Positions 17,922 through 29,342 of a stretch of 61,627 nucleotides of DNA are shown here, in pieces (the first letter of the stretch is position 1; each line of letters begins with the position of its first letter). This stretch comes from Deltaproteobacteria bacterium (GTDB lineage Bacteria > Desulfobacterota_D > UBA1144 > Nemesobacterales > CSP1-2). Where the stretch lies: assembly GCA_052390235.1 (NCBI GenBank), contig JBQTHB010000009.1, positions 1-61,627 on the forward strand. The letters run 5' to 3'. The translations under genes were made by a program, and so were the position numbers. The notes beneath the pieces were generated by a model. That model saw only the letters and a program-made list of their open reading frames with translations, made no database searches and was not told the origin of the DNA.

Positions 17922-19553
17922 GTGGGCAGAAGCAAAAAACCCGTTGAGACCATCAAAGTTATTGGGCTTAATCAGCAGTCCGTACAGGAGTTCTCGCCGA
18001 AAGCCGATTCAACCGACGAGGATTACCTTTGGGAGCAGTATTTTAAAGGCAGCCCTACGCTGATTAAATTTCCCGCGTCGCATACGAAAACTAACGTTGA
18101 GGGCGAGGAGGAAAGAAGCGAGGAGTTAGATATTTCAGCGCCTACGCTTTTAGACCCCTCTAATGCAAATCTCAATAGAGAGAGCAGGACGAAAAGCGAG
18201 AGTGGCTTTACTTATTTAGATGCTACTCACACGGCATCCGAGGCAAAGATTTACTCCGTCATATACCGCGAAACAGTTTTGAAAAACAACGAGCCTCAGC
18301 ATTTCGGCGCTTTGAGAATCATGAAGCTAACCGGCATAGGGAGCGACAAGACCGTCCGAAAAGCTATAAAGTCTCTAATCGAGAAAAAGAGTATCCTCTT
18401 AATTGACCCCTGCCCTCATAATCCCCTAGGGCCAGCCTACCAGGCAGTGGCCCCGAAAGAGGTGATTAGCGACAGAAAAAGGTCGGGGATAAATATAAAT
18501 TTGCAGACAAAAAAAATAGTCGAAAAAACGGCTATTACTGGAGTAATTACTCCAGTACCTACCGGAGTATCGAGTCCGGTAAAAATTACCGGAGTAACTC
18601 CGGTAGAAACTACTCCAGTAACTCCGGTAAAAATTACCGGAGTAACGCCTTCGACACATTATATTAAAGATTTAAATTATTTAAATACTGATGAATTTAA
18701 AAATTCATCATCAAATGTATTTAAATACATAGAAAAAAAAGAAAAAACTGATGATGATTTAGACATAAAAAAATTCGCTAAAAACTCCTACGAAAAATAC
18801 TCCGAAATCCCATGGACCTCGGACGACGACACGCTCTATGATTCCCAGAATTTGCGCCGCTATCTTCCCGATGTAATCGAAGCCGGAATTATCAAAGGGG
18901 TTCTCAGAGCAAAATCCCCGGTGACATCCCTCGACCATCTGATTGGGACTATCGAAGAGGCCGAGGTGAGTCTCCCGCCCGGAATGCTGAACTATCTACG
19001 GCGCAGGTGGCAGGGGTCGCGAGCTGAACCCCAGGGCGAGAGGGGCGAGCTGATATTGCCCCAAGATTCTATTTTCGATCCCATCTGGCTAAATAAATTT
19101 ATTTCCCAATTCCAGCCGGGCGAGAGAGCAGAGCTTATAAGAAAAGCCGAGGTTTTCGATTCCTATATGCTCGGCGATGGCAGGGCTCAAGAGTGGATAA
19201 AAAATCCGACCGGATACTTTGTCAAATTCGCCCGCGGCGAGCTGAATCTAAAACTCGATATAAACGCTCTGAGCTTTAATGAGCGAGTCGTTCGTGAATC
19301 CGAGCGGCAGAGAGCCGCGGACGCTGAGCAGGGTCGCGAGAGGGTTGAAGAGCAAGTGCGGGCGTTAATCGAAGGGCTGTCGGAGGATGAGCGAGGGAGA
19401 TTAACCAGAAACGCAAGGGGCGTTTATAACATTCCCGCCGCAGAGGGCGAGGGCGATTCCCTAGAGCGGGTGCTGTATAAACTCGTTATTGAGTGGGAGA
19501 GGGGCGGGGATTGGCGCGAGGTTTGGGAGCGGCTCACCTCGGAGGGGGAATGA
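17922..19553 (+). CDS. Putative plasmid replication initiator (wHTH protein with internal iteron-encoded repeats)
   Basis: Third gene of the parA operon; HTH-like IMKLTGIGSDKTVRKAIKSLIEKKSI followed by TGVTPV repeats and an AT-rich tract, the layout of lambda O/DnaD-type initiators. Confidence 0.7.
   Translation: MGRSKKPVETIKVIGLNQQSVQEFSPKADSTDEDYLWEQYFKGSPTLIKFPASHTKTNVEGEEERSEELDISAPTLLDPSNANLNRESRTKSESGFTYLDATHTASEAKIYSVIYRETVLKNNEPQHFGALRIMKLTGIGSDKTVRKAIKSLIEKKSILLIDPCPHNPLGPAYQAVAPKEVISDRKRSGININLQTKKIVEKTAITGVITPVPTGVSSPVKITGVTPVETTPVTPVKITGVTPSTHYIKDLNYLNTDEFKNSSSNVFKYIEKKEKTDDDLDIKKFAKNSYEKYSEIPWTSDDDTLYDSQNLRRYLPDVIEAGIIKGVLRAKSPVTSLDHLIGTIEEAEVSLPPGMLNYLRRRWQGSRAEPQGERGELILPQDSIFDPIWLNKFISQFQPGERAELIRKAEVFDSYMLGDGRAQEWIKNPTGYFVKFARGELNLKLDINALSFNERVVRESERQRAADAEQGRERVEEQVRALIEGLSEDERGRLTRNARGVYNIPAAEGEGDSLERVLYKLVIEWERGGDWREVWERLTSEGE
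18536..18644. repeat. Nine iteron-like 10-mers TAC(C/T)GGAGTA in both orientations; probable replication origin
   Basis: Copies at 18536, 18548, 18560, 18572, 18587, 18596, 18611, 18620 and 18635 (some degenerate), followed by an AT-rich tract at about 18655-18790. Confidence 0.8.
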
Positions 19554-19613
19554 GTTTATGAGTTTTCCGCGCTCCAGTGGGTTTAACTAAAGGCTGAGGA
19601 GGGGGGTAGGGCG

Positions 19614-19988
19614 ATGAGTGAAAATCAAAAATTGCCCGGCGGCGGGTCGGGTTCCAAATTTAGGACCATCTGGCGGGGGCAGTGTCCTAGATGCCGGCAG
19701 GGGCGCATATTCTCCGGCTCATTCTCTATGAACGAGCCGTGTCCTGTGTGCGGGCTTCAGTTCGGCAGAGAGGGCGGGTATTTCACAGGGGCGATGTTTA
19801 TAAGCTACACCCTCGCCGTGCCGATACTGGGGGCAATTATTTTAATTCTCTGGTACGGGATGTTTCCCCACTGGCGGTTTAGCTGGATAATATCGCTCTC
19901 ATCCGCGCTTTTTTTACCCTTTGTGCCGGCGGTGTTTCGTTATTCGAGAATTATCTGGATTCACGTTGACCGCTATATTGACCCGTAG
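19614..19988 (+). CDS. DUF983 family Zn-ribbon membrane protein
   Basis: CPRCRQGRIF...CPVCG...EGGYFTGAM plus two TM helices. Confidence 0.88.
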   Translation: MSENQKLPGGGSGSKFRTIWRGQCPRCRQGRIFSGSFSMNEPCPVCGLQFGREGGYFTGAMFISYTLAVPILGAIILILWYGMFPHWRFSWIISLSSALFLPFVPAVFRYSRIIWIHVDRYIDP

Positions 19989-20013
19989 GGTAGGGGGGTG
20001 GGGTGGGAATCCT

Positions 20014-21930
20014 CTAATTCCCCAAATCTCCCACCGATGCTTTTAGCTCCTCGAGAGTCTCCCACCGCTCGTATGCGCTGGTAATTTCCTGCTCTATTGT
20101 GTCAAGCCGCGCTTTGGCTCTTTCAATGTTTGCCGCTCTGTCCTCTCGGTAGAATTCGGGGTTTGACATATTTGCGTACAGATCCCTTTGCTCGGCTTCG
20201 AGGGTTTCAATACGCAGGGGCAGCGCGTCTAGCTCTTGTCTCTGTCTGAAATTCATTTTACGGGCGCGCTCTTTTCTTACTACGGCAATCGGCTGCGCCC
20301 TCGCCGCCTTCCTATCCTCCGCTTGAGAATCGGCCGATGCGGCTCGCTGCCGTAGCCAGTCATCGTAGCCGCCGACGTATTCGGTGATTTTTCCGCCCCC
20401 CTCGAAAACCAGCGTGCTGGTTGCGACGTTATTAAGAAACTCCCTGTCGTGGCTTACGAGAAGCACCGTCCCGGCGTAGTCCTGCACTAGCTCCTCTAGT
20501 AGCTCCAGCGTCTCGGCGTCGAGGTCATTCGTAGGCTCGTCCATCACCAAAACATTCGAGGGTTTCGTAAAGAGGCGCGCCAAAAGGAGGCGGTTTCGCT
20601 CCCCTCCCGAAAGCGCTCCAACTGGGGTTCTCGCCCTGTCCGGGGAGAAGAGGAAATTCTGCAGATACCCTAGAATGTGTATGGGGTTTCCGTTTATCGT
20701 GATGGTATTGCTCCCCCTGCCGACGTTCTCGGCTACGGTTTTATCCTCGTCGAGTTGTTCTCGCAGTTGGTCGTAATAAGCCACTTCTAGGTGAGTGCCA
20801 TGCCGCAGATGCCCTTTATCGGGGGGGAGATTTGCGAGCATTATGTTCAGGAGAGTCGTTTTCCCTGAGCCGTTCGGGCCTATGATTCCAATTTTATCCC
20901 CCCTCATGACGGCGATGGAGAAATCCTCAATCACTGCACTGTCTCCGTAGCCGAATCGAACCCCCTCTGCCTCAATCACCAATTTGCCAGACCTGCGCGC
21001 TTCCTGAGCCTGTATTCTGACAGACCCCGACAGCTCACGCCGCATCCGCCGCTCTTCACGCATCTTCTTAAGCTCCCGCACCCGTCCCTCGTTTCTCGTG
21101 CGCCTTGCCTTTACCCCCCGCCGAACCCAAGCCTCTTCCTGAACCAGTTTCTTGTCGAATAGCTCCCACTCTCGCGCCTCGGCTTCAAGCTCCGCTTCCT
21201 TGCGCCTGACGTAAGTGTCGTAGTCGCACTGCCAGCTTGTGAGCCTGCCCCTATCAACTTCAATTATCCGAGTGGCGAGTTTCCTTAGAAACGCCCTGTC
21301 GTGGGTAACAAATAGAACCGTTCCCTCGAATCCTAGTAAAAACTCCTCAAGCCATCCTATCGCCTCAATGTCTAGGTGATTCGTAGGCTCATCGAGGAGC
21401 AACACCCGAGGCTCGCTCACAAGCCCCTTGGCGAGAAGAGCGCGCCGCTTCATCCCGGCGGAAAGATTCCTAAATTCGGCTTCGGCGTTTAGCTCCATCC
21501 GCGAGATGACCTTATCTGCCTGCTGTTTTATCTGCCATCCCCCTGCGGCATCGAGCGTCCGCCCTATGCCATCGAGCTGATTCAGAAGCGATGTGCCGCG
21601 TTCACCGCCGAGGCGGGCGCTTATCTGCTGATATTTAGCTAATAACTCCCCCTCGCGCCCAAGCCCGCTCATCACAACATCCAGCACGCTCCCCTGTATG
21701 TCATGCGGCACTTCCTGAGGGAGGTAAGCGATGTTCACCCCTTCGCCAAAGATAATATCCCCGCGGTCGGGTTTGATTTCTCTATTTATGAGGCGCATGA
21801 GAGTGGACTTGCCAGCGCCGTTTCGCCCAAGCACACACGCCCTCTCCCTTATGCCAATTTGGAGATTTACCCTCTCCAGCACGGGAGCGCTTCCAAATCC
21901 AATACTCACTTCTCGCAGGTTTACCAACAT
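20014..21930 (-). CDS. uup: ABC-F family ATP-binding protein Uup-like
   Basis: Two ABC domains (GRNGAGKS, GPNGSGKT, DEPTN twice), KARRTRNEGRVR linker, C-terminal YERWETLE coiled coil. Confidence 0.93.
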   Translation of the reverse strand: MLVNLREVSIGFGSAPVLERVNLQIGIRERACVLGRNGAGKSTLMRLINREIKPDRGDIIFGEGVNIAYLPQEVPHDIQGSVLDVVMSGLGREGELLAKYQQISARLGGERGTSLLNQLDGIGRTLDAAGGWQIKQQADKVISRMELNAEAEFRNLSAGMKRRALLAKGLVSEPRVLLLDEPTNHLDIEAIGWLEEFLLGFEGTVLFVTHDRAFLRKLATRIIEVDRGRLTSWQCDYDTYVRRKEAELEAEAREWELFDKKLVQEEAWVRRGVKARRTRNEGRVRELKKMREERRMRRELSGSVRIQAQEARRSGKLVIEAEGVRFGYGDSAVIEDFSIAVMRGDKIGIIGPNGSGKTTLLNIMLANLPPDKGHLRHGTHLEVAYYDQLREQLDEDKTVAENVGRGSNTITINGNPIHILGYLQNFLFSPDRARTPVGALSGGERNRLLLARLFTKPSNVLVMDEPTNDLDAETLELLEELVQDYAGTVLLVSHDREFLNNVATSTLVFEGGGKITEYVGGYDDWLRQRAASADSQAEDRKAARAQPIAVVRKERARKMNFRQRQELDALPLRIETLEAEQRDLYANMSNPEFYREDRAANIERAKARLDTIEQEITSAYERWETLEELKASVGDLGN

Positions 21931-22192
21931 ACAGATCCTCGTGATACAGATGAATTTCTACGACGAGTTAGAGCGATAAATAAACGGTTAAATCCGGGCT
22001 TCGACAAAGGGTCTTTAACGTGTCCGTCCTTCGGCAGGCTCAGGGCAGCAGGCATAGGGGACATGACCGCCCCGATAGAAAACTCTAAATTTCGTTAAAT
22101 GAGTATAATTGAGTTCCTACGCTTCACAAAGGGCCAATACACGTCTTTGAGGGATTAAAGCGATTAGAAGCCTTCTGTGCGCTTATACGAGG

Positions 22193-24160
22193 CTATTTAG
22201 AAACCTCCATCCATGCCCTCAGCACCTCGGCAACCGTCCATGCCTGAGCAATGCACCCGCGGGGAGACATCGGGGCATCGCCCTCGAAAATCTCGCTCAT
22301 CGTCCCCACGCCGTGCGCGAGTATGTGCCGGCTCATTGGAATGAGAAAATCCCTTGCCCGCTCTGGACTCTCATATACCCTCAGATGGGCGAGAGTGAAA
22401 GCCCCAAGTAGCCAGCCCCAGACCGCGCCTTGATGATACGCCCCGTCGCGCTGGAGCTGGTCTCCGCCGTAACGCCCGATGTATTCGGGATGATCCGGGG
22501 ACAGGCTTCTGAGCCCGTGCGAGGTGAGGAGCTTTTCCCTGCATATATCAACCACCCTTTTCTGCCTCGGAGCCGTAAGCGGGCTTTCGGGAAGCGATAC
22601 GGCAAATATTTGATTCGGCCTGAGCGTGCTGTCGTCTCCAGAGGGGGAATCAATCACATCAAAGCAGTAGCCGTCCCTCTCGTTCCAGAATCGCTCAAAC
22701 CCCCCGTGCGCGCGTTTTGCCGCCGCCTCGTAGTCCCTGTGGGGTTTGGCTAGGCGCTTTGCAAATTTTGCCATAGTCAGAAGGGCGTTGTACCACAGGG
22801 CGTTTACTTCAACGGGTTTTCCTATGCGCGGGGTTACGACCCAATCCCCGACCTTGGCGTCCATCCACGTCAGTTGCACCCCGTTTTGGCCCGCGTACAG
22901 TAGGCCGTCCTTGGAATCTACTCGGATGTTATAGCGCGTGCCTGCGGTGTGCCGGTCAATGATTTCGGCAAGCGCCGGAAATATCTCCTTTAGAAAGTCG
23001 TCGTCTCCGGTGGCGGCGTGATAAGCGCGCGCCGCTTCAAAGTACCACAGCGTCGCATCCACGGTGTTGTATTCCGGGGCTTCTCCGGCGTCGGGAAAGC
23101 GGTTTGGGAGCATTCCCTCGCTCACGTATTTGGCAAAGGTGCTTAGAATCGAGCGCGCCGTCTCGTGCCTTGCAGTGGAGATAGTAAGTCCCGGAAGGCT
23201 TATCATCGTATCCCTGCCCCAGTCCCCGAACCAGTGATAGCCCGCGATGACGGTCTTGCCGCCCGGCTCATCGGGCGTAGGGCGATCGGCGATGAACTGG
23301 TCTGCGGCGAGGGCGAGGCGACTTACCCACCCCGGCATCTGAGGGGATTGTATTTTATTTACGAGTCCGTCTTCGTACCTCCGCCTCTCCCGAAACTCCT
23401 TCGCCCCGTCGAGAGAGGGCGTATCTTCGGCGCTGATGGCAATGGTTAGGGATTCGCCGCTCTTAAGAGTTGCTCTGAGGGTCCCTGCGAGCAGGTGGTC
23501 TTCGATGTGGCCGAGTCCCCGCTGTTTTTCAATCGAGAGGCTGAACCCTCGATACCACTCATGGGCAGGACTAAAATCGCCCTTGTCGGCAAGGACAAAA
23601 AAACGCGCCGCCCCGTCGTAAGCCGCAACTGAAACCCCATCTTTTGCCGGTTCAACGCGCATTCGCCAATCTCCGCCGGAGGTTGTGCCGTGGTAGTCCC
23701 TGTAATTTACAAATGTCTTAATTTCGAGCGTAAGCGGCGCGCCGGCTCTTGACACCTCGTACCTAACGTAGGTCGTATTCGCTCCCCGCTTCATCCACAC
23801 GCGCTTGTCCACTATCGCCCCGCCGCAGGCGTATCTCCACGTGGGAGTCGTCCCCTCAAGCCCGAAGCTCTCAATGTGGCGGTAGCCGTGGGGGTCAACC
23901 GTCCCGTCAGCCCATCGGTTGGCAAAGAGGGGATAGGCTACCCCTCCGTAATGCGCCGTCTCATCCAATTTAGTCGCAAGAAGGGTTCTGCCGAGCGGCG
24001 GCTTGAGCGCGGCCACTAGGAGTCCGTGATAGCGTCGTGTGAGCGTGCCTGCAATTGTGCCGGAGCCATAGCCCCCGATACCGTTTGTTATGAGCCACTC
24101 TCTCGATTCTGCCGGCTCTAGGTAGCAGCAGGTGTCGCGTCCGAATTCGATGTTCATCAT
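22193..24160 (-). CDS. Amylo-alpha-1,6-glucosidase (glycogen debranching enzyme family)
   Basis: [40 protein letters not shown] and CIAQAW motifs. Confidence 0.95.
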   Translation of the reverse strand: MMNIEFGRDTCCYLEPAESREWLITNGIGGYGSGTIAGTLTRRYHGLLVAALKPPLGRTLLATKLDETAHYGGVAYPLFANRWADGTVDPHGYRHIESFGLEGTTPTWRYACGGAIVDKRVWMKRGANTTYVRYEVSRAGAPLTLEIKTFVNYRDYHGTTSGGDWRMRVEPAKDGVSVAAYDGAARFFVLADKGDFSPAHEWYRGFSLSIEKQRGLGHIEDHLLAGTLRATLKSGESLTIAISAEDTPSLDGAKEFRERRRYEDGLVNKIQSPQMPGWVSRLALAADQFIADRPTPDEPGGKTVIAGYHWFGDWGRDTMISLPGLTISTARHETARSILSTFAKYVSEGMLPNRFPDAGEAPEYNTVDATLWYFEAARAYHAATGDDDFLKEIFPALAEIIDRHTAGTRYNIRVDSKDGLLYAGQNGVQLTWMDAKVGDWVVTPRIGKPVEVNALWYNALLTMAKFAKRLAKPHRDYEAAAKRAHGGFERFWNERDGYCFDVIDSPSGDDSTLRPNQIFAVSLPESPLTAPRQKRVVDICREKLLTSHGLRSLSPDHPEYIGRYGGDQLQRDGAYHQGAVWGWLLGAFTLAHLRVYESPERARDFLIPMSRHILAHGVGTMSEIFEGDAPMSPRGCIAQAWTVAEVLRAWMEVSK

Positions 24161-26901
24161 GTTGATGCGACTGTTCTCCCTCGTTTTCTTTTGTTATTCT
24201 CGGCGCTCGCCTCAAAACCGATGTTTGCAGACACCCCTGTTGCCCTCGGTATTCTGTCCCCATATTCGGCGCCCTGCTGAATGAGTTTTGCCACAAGCCC
24301 AGTCCATCCGGTCTGATGGCTCGCCCCGGCGCCTGCGCCGCTGTCCCCGTGAAAATACTCATGGAAGAGTATTAAATTGCGCCAGTGAGGGTTTGACTGA
24401 AATTCCCGAATTTCCCCGTAAACAGCCCTATTCCCGGATAAGTCTCTATGGAATACGCTTATAAGTCTTCGGGAAATCTCCCCCGCGACCTCCCACAGGT
24501 TCATTTGGACGCCGGAGCCAGTCGGACACTCTACTTTAAACCCGTCGCCGAAGTAGTAGTGGAATTTTTGTAACGACTCGATGAGGAGGAAATTCACCGG
24601 AAACCACACGGGACCTCGCCAATTTGAGTTTCCCCCGAAAAGACCCGTGGAGGACTCGCCGGGCTCGTAGTCAACCCTGTATTCGTCTCCGTTCACCCTC
24701 AGCGTGTAGGGATTTTCTTTATGGAATTTCGAGAGCGAACGCACCCCACAGGGGCTTAGAAATCTCTGCTCATCGAGCATTTTCTCTAAAATTCGCCGTA
24801 GCTTGTTCTGATCCACTATGGCGAGAAGTCTCCTCTCGCCGGCGCCGGGGGTTTTCATGCAGGCGACGTTTCGCCCCAAATCCTCGCGGTTTTCTATGAA
24901 CCACTCAAGGCGTTTTTTAAATCCGGGGAGTTTCTCCAGCGCCTCTTCAGAGAGCGTCTCCACGGCAAAGAGCGGAATGAGTCCCACCATCGAGCGCACT
25001 TTCATGAGCTGATGAGAGCCGTCGGGAAGGTGAAGGGCGTCATAGTAGAAACCCTCGTCGTCGTCCCATAGCCCCTCGCCTCCGATTTTATTCATTGCGT
25101 CGGCGATGTAAATGAAGTGTTCGTAGAATTTGCTCGCAATGTCTTCATACGCCCGGTTCTCTTTGCCCAGCTCCATTGCGATAGCGAGCATATTCAGGCA
25201 GTACATCGCCATCCAGCTTGTGCCGTCCGCCTGCTCGATATGCCCTCCCGTGGGGAGTTTCGCGCTCCTGTCGAATACCCCTATGTTGTCGAGACCGAGA
25301 AATCCGCCCTGGAATACGTTTTTGTCCTCTGCGTCCTTGCGGTTGACCCACCAGGTGAAATTCAGCAGGAGTTTTTGAAATATCCGCTCCAGAAACTGCC
25401 TATCGGCTCTGCCATACATCTTCCTCTCAATGTTATACACCCTCCAAGCCGCCCATGCGTGAACCGGAGGATTTACATCTCCAAACGCCCATTCATAGGC
25501 GGGAATCTGCCCGTTCGGGTGCATATACCACTCCCGCGTGAGCAGAATAAGCTGGTTCTTGGCAAAGTCCGGGTCAATCATCGCAAGTGGTATTGCGTGA
25601 AATGCCAAATCCCAAGCGGCAAACCAGGGGTACTCCCATTTGTCGGGCATGGAGAGAATGTCGTCGTTGTACAGGTGTTGCCAGTCGCGGTTTCTGCCTG
25701 CTTTTCGCTCTTGCGGTGGAGGGGGCATGGGAGAGTCCCCTTCGAGCCAGTCCTCGACGATGTAGTGGTAAAACTGCTTGCTCCAGAGCATTCCGGCAAA
25801 CGCCTGCCGCTGGATGTTTCTTGAGTCTTCATCTAATGAGAAAGGGCATACGCGGCGGTAAAATTCGTCTGCTTCGCGCTTTCTCAAATCGAAGCACCTG
25901 TCAAATTGAAACCCGAACGGCGCGGCTAAATCCTTTGAATCGCAGAGGCGAAGGCGCACGGTCTTGGTCTCTCCCGCGCCGACTTTCATCTGATAGTGGA
26001 CAGAGGCCTTTGTACCCGTCATATCTGAGTTGACCGACCCTCTTCTGCCCTCGACGATGAAGTCGTTTATGCCGTCTTTGGCGTAGACTGAGGCGTTTTT
26101 CGCGCCGAATAGCTTCTCGTTATTTGTCTCGTTCTCGGTGAATAGGAAGCTCTCTGCCCCTTCGGAATATAGCCATCTTGCGCCGAGGGTGGGGTGAGAT
26201 GCTTCGATGACTTTCAGCCTTCCTCCGAGGTTTATCAGCCTAAGCGACGGTTTTGCCGATGCCTCCTTGCTCCACGACCAAGTGTTGCGAAACCAGAGCG
26301 TGGGCAGAAGGTGAAGGGTCGCTTCCCTGTCCCCCCGGTTGATGGCGCTTATCTGAATCAAAATATCATCGGGAGAGTTCTTGGCGTATTCGATGAAAAC
26401 GTCAAAATAGCGGTTTTCAGCGAAAGCCCCGGTATCGAGAAGCTCGTACTCAAAATCCCGCTTGCCTCTGCGCCGATTCTCGTTCACTAGGTCGGAATAG
26501 GGGAAAGCCGATTGGGGGTATTTGTACAGGCACTTCATATAGGAGTGCGTAGGCGCGCTGTCGAGGTAAAAATAGCACTCCTTCACGTCCTCGCCGTGGT
26601 TGCCCTCGCTCCCCGTGAGACCGAAAAGCCTCTCTTTTAGGATGGCGTCTTTGCCGTTCCAAAGGGCGGTGCTAAAGCACAGCCTCTGGTGATTGTCCGA
26701 GATACCTCCGATGCCGTCTTCTCCCCATCTGTAGGCTCTGGAGCGGGCTTGGTCGTGGCTGAAATAGTCCCACGCCTCGCCGTAAGGGCTATAGTCTTCC
26801 CGCACCGTTCCCCACTGGCGTTCGCTCAGATATGGCCCCCAGCGTCTCCAGTGCTTTTTCCTCGCCGCCGCCTCTTCTAATCTCTGCTCCTCGGGTTTCA
26901 T
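24157..26901 (-). CDS. GH63-type (MGH1-like) glucosidase
   Basis: [45 protein letters not shown] and ASHQTGWT motifs. Confidence 0.95.
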   Translation of the reverse strand: MKPEEQRLEEAAARKKHWRRWGPYLSERQWGTVREDYSPYGEAWDYFSHDQARSRAYRWGEDGIGGISDNHQRLCFSTALWNGKDAILKERLFGLTGSEGNHGEDVKECYFYLDSAPTHSYMKCLYKYPQSAFPYSDLVNENRRRGKRDFEYELLDTGAFAENRYFDVFIEYAKNSPDDILIQISAINRGDREATLHLLPTLWFRNTWSWSKEASAKPSLRLINLGGRLKVIEASHPTLGARWLYSEGAESFLFTENETNNEKLFGAKNASVYAKDGINDFIVEGRRGSVNSDMTGTKASVHYQMKVGAGETKTVRLRLCDSKDLAAPFGFQFDRCFDLRKREADEFYRRVCPFSLDEDSRNIQRQAFAGMLWSKQFYHYIVEDWLEGDSPMPPPPQERKAGRNRDWQHLYNDDILSMPDKWEYPWFAAWDLAFHAIPLAMIDPDFAKNQLILLTREWYMHPNGQIPAYEWAFGDVNPPVHAWAAWRVYNIERKMYGRADRQFLERIFQKLLLNFTWWVNRKDAEDKNVFQGGFLGLDNIGVFDRSAKLPTGGHIEQADGTSWMAMYCLNMLAIAMELGKENRAYEDIASKFYEHFIYIADAMNKIGGEGLWDDDEGFYYDALHLPDGSHQLMKVRSMVGLIPLFAVETLSEEALEKLPGFKKRLEWFIENREDLGRNVACMKTPGAGERRLLAIVDQNKLRRILEKMLDEQRFLSPCGVRSLSKFHKENPYTLRVNGDEYRVDYEPGESSTGLFGGNSNWRGPVWFPVNFLLIESLQKFHYYFGDGFKVECPTGSGVQMNLWEVAGEISRRLISVFHRDLSGNRAVYGEIREFQSNPHWRNLILFHEYFHGDSGAGAGASHQTGWTGLVAKLIQQGAEYGDRIPRATGVSANIGFEASAENNKRKRGRTVAST

Positions 26902-26974
26902 GGGCAACCTCCCCCTTCGCTAAATTTTTAACCGTCGGCGTTCCGAGCCGCTCTCTTGTCATCCGCAAGCCGGA

Positions 26975-28294
26975 TTAACTGGCTTTTGCCATTTTCGCGG
27001 GAGCTAATTTTTCCTTTTGGAATGAGCCGCGCAGTGTGGGGAACTGAACCAGATCCTTCGAGAACAGCACATCGAGCGTCCAATCGAGCATCACGCGGAG
27101 TTTTTTCTCAAACCGGGGCAGTTTACTCAGATAAATCGTCCGCCACAGACACCACGCGATAAACCCCGAAAAATTCACCCCCAGAATATTGGCGACGCCC
27201 GTGCGTTTTCCTATTGCGGCAAGCTGTCCTATTGTGGAAAACGAGAACGCCTCTTTTTTTCGTCCTCGGATCGCGGCGGCGATATTTCCCGCTAAAACCC
27301 TCGCCTCGCGTATTGCGTGCTGAGCCGTCGGGGGATAAAACCCTCCCTTCATATCCGGCACTGCGGCGGCATCTCCAATCGCCCAAACCCCGTCCAAACC
27401 CTCAGCCTCGAGAAACTCGTTTACCTTGATGCGCCCTCTGTCTTTCTGGCAGGGTATGGTCTCTAAAAGCGGGTTCGGCGCAGTTCCAGCCGTCCAAATT
27501 ACTGTGTCCGCGGGGATAAAAGTTCCGTCGCTCAGGGCAACTCCCTCTCTTGATACCCCTGCGACTTTCGTGCTGATGCGGATCTCAACCCCTCTTTCGG
27601 CGAGTTTTTTCGCGGCGTAGAGTCCGAGCTTCTGTCCGAGTTCAGGCAGTATCGCCTCTCCCGGATGCACGAGGACGACCCGAATCCGCTCGTCTTTGAG
27701 GTTTGGATAGAACTCGAGCGACTCCCTCAAAAAATCGTTCATTCCTGCGATGGTTTCGACTCCGGCAAATCCCCCTCCGGCTACTACGAACGTGAGCAAT
27801 CGCTCTCGAATTGCCGAACAGCACTCCGGTTCGGCTTCTTCGAGACGGGCTATCATACGGTTTCGCAGATATATTGCATCCCCAAGGGATTTCATCGTAA
27901 GCACCTGCTCCTCAAGCCCCGGCATATTATAGAAATTCGTTACCGAGCCGAGCGCTACTACGAGGTGGTCATAGGTGAGGGTGTGTGTGTGGCTCTCACT
28001 GCCATGGGAGACCACGACCTGTTTTGCGGATAAATCAATTTTCTCTGCGTCGCCCTCAAAGAACTTCACCCGCTTGAGGAGCTTTCTTATCGGGTTTACG
28101 ATATGGGTCAAGTCCAAATCGCTTGCTGAAACCTCGTGAAGCATCGGGGTGAATAGGAAAAAGTTTTCCTTGTTGATGAGCGTAATTTCAATGTTTTTCT
28201 CGCGCGCCAGGCTGTTTTCCATCTCCAAAGCCGTATATACGCCGCCAAATCCACCGCCGAGAATTAGAATCCGAATCGTTTCTCCTGTTTCCAT
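26975..28294 (-). CDS. ndh: Type II NADH dehydrogenase-like FAD-dependent oxidoreductase
   Basis: GGGFGG, FTPML, AGGGFAGVE, AIGD, PPTAQHA and WRTIYL motifs. Confidence 0.88.
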   Translation of the reverse strand: METGETIRILILGGGFGGVYTALEMENSLAREKNIEITLINKENFFLFTPMLHEVSASDLDLTHIVNPIRKLLKRVKFFEGDAEKIDLSAKQVVVSHGSESHTHTLTYDHLVVALGSVTNFYNMPGLEEQVLTMKSLGDAIYLRNRMIARLEEAEPECCSAIRERLLTFVVAGGGFAGVETIAGMNDFLRESLEFYPNLKDERIRVVLVHPGEAILPELGQKLGLYAAKKLAERGVEIRISTKVAGVSREGVALSDGTFIPADTVIWTAGTAPNPLLETIPCQKDRGRIKVNEFLEAEGLDGVWAIGDAAAVPDMKGGFYPPTAQHAIREARVLAGNIAAAIRGRKKEAFSFSTIGQLAAIGKRTGVANILGVNFSGFIAWCLWRTIYLSKLPRFEKKLRVMLDWTLDVLFSKDLVQFPTLRGSFQKEKLAPAKMAKAS

Positions 28295-28365
28295 GATGAA
28301 TGTCTCCTCAGTTTGAGTGTTTCTCGAATCCGGAGTGTTTGGCGGCTCGGCGCGCTGCTAATTCT

Positions 28366-28578
28366 CTACTGCTTTTTCGCCGCAATCTCGGCTTTGGTTA
28401 TTCTCTCGGCTTCGAGCCAGTCCTCGAGGTCGCCGCCGTGTTGCTCGCCCTTTTGCTGGTGGAGTTCATAAGCCTTTTTCTCTATCATGAAATAGAGCAT
28501 CTGCTCGTCCACTCCGGTCTCGTCAGTCCGAGCCGACGCGCCCTTTTTCTTCGTTCCCCCCTTCTTAGTTTCTGCCAT
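28366..28578 (-). CDS. DUF2934 domain small protein
   Basis: IEKKAYELHQQKG...DLEDWLEAE signature. Confidence 0.85.
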   Translation of the reverse strand: MAETKKGGTKKKGASARTDETGVDEQMLYFMIEKKAYELHQQKGEQHGGDLEDWLEAERITKAEIAAKKQ

Positions 28579-28927
28579 GTTCTCGCCCTCTCTCGAAGTG
28601 ATTTTATTACTCACTTTAGCACACGGAGTCTTAATATGAAAGGGGTTGTCCGTGAACTTTTGTAGTGAGAATTAATATCCTTTAATTTTGTTTTCGGCTC
28701 TCCGTTTCGCCGCAATCAAGGCAGGGGTGAACCCCCTATCTCGCGTCAATAAGCTCGGTCTGCGCGCCCGGTTGCTTCAAGGATTTCTCCTGCCATGAAG
28801 TTCGCGGTTCTCTGGCTCGCTCTGCCTTAGCGGGCGGCGCCGAGTGGCACTGGAATAAATATCCTGCGCCCCTCTGTCGTTTGCCCCTGCCGCCGCCGTC
28901 AAATCAAATAGATAATATTGCTCCTGC

Positions 28928-29332
28928 TCATTGTCCTTCGACAATGCGAACGGCGTGCCCGTCGGGGTCTTGCGCGAGGAATCCCCTTTTAAATCCCTTC
29001 TCCCTCAGGCGCTTAGCCGTAACTGTTGTGTTGACCACAATGAGGGTTGTCTGCCAGTGCATGATGTCGTTTGCCCTCGTATCTAAAGGTCGGGGGCGTC
29101 CGTCCTGAGGGGCGAGAAATTCGACTCCCGGACCCGATGGCGCACGGAGGGTTGTAATGCGCACTCTCGCGCCGAACACGTTATTGAGATGCTCCTGCTC
29201 CACCCCGTAATTCTCGCTATTTCCCGCGACTTCCATCCCCAAGGCACTTTGGTAGAACCTTAAACTCGTCTCCGTGTTCGACACCACTATTGCGGTGTGG
29301 TCTATTCCTAAAAATAATTTGCCGTCCTCCTC
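28928..29332 (-). pseudogene. Truncated VOC/glyoxalase family gene
   Basis: LFLGIDHTAIVVSNTETSL...DPDGH is the C-terminal half of the two-domain VOC usually found beside these GMC genes; in-frame TAG upstream and no N-terminal domain. Confidence 0.7.
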
Positions 29333-29342
29333 CCGCTAGAAT

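Noticed and set aside
18536..18644. CRISPR array
   Set aside because: 10-bp repeats with 0-5 bp gaps inside a CDS; no spacers and no cas genes.
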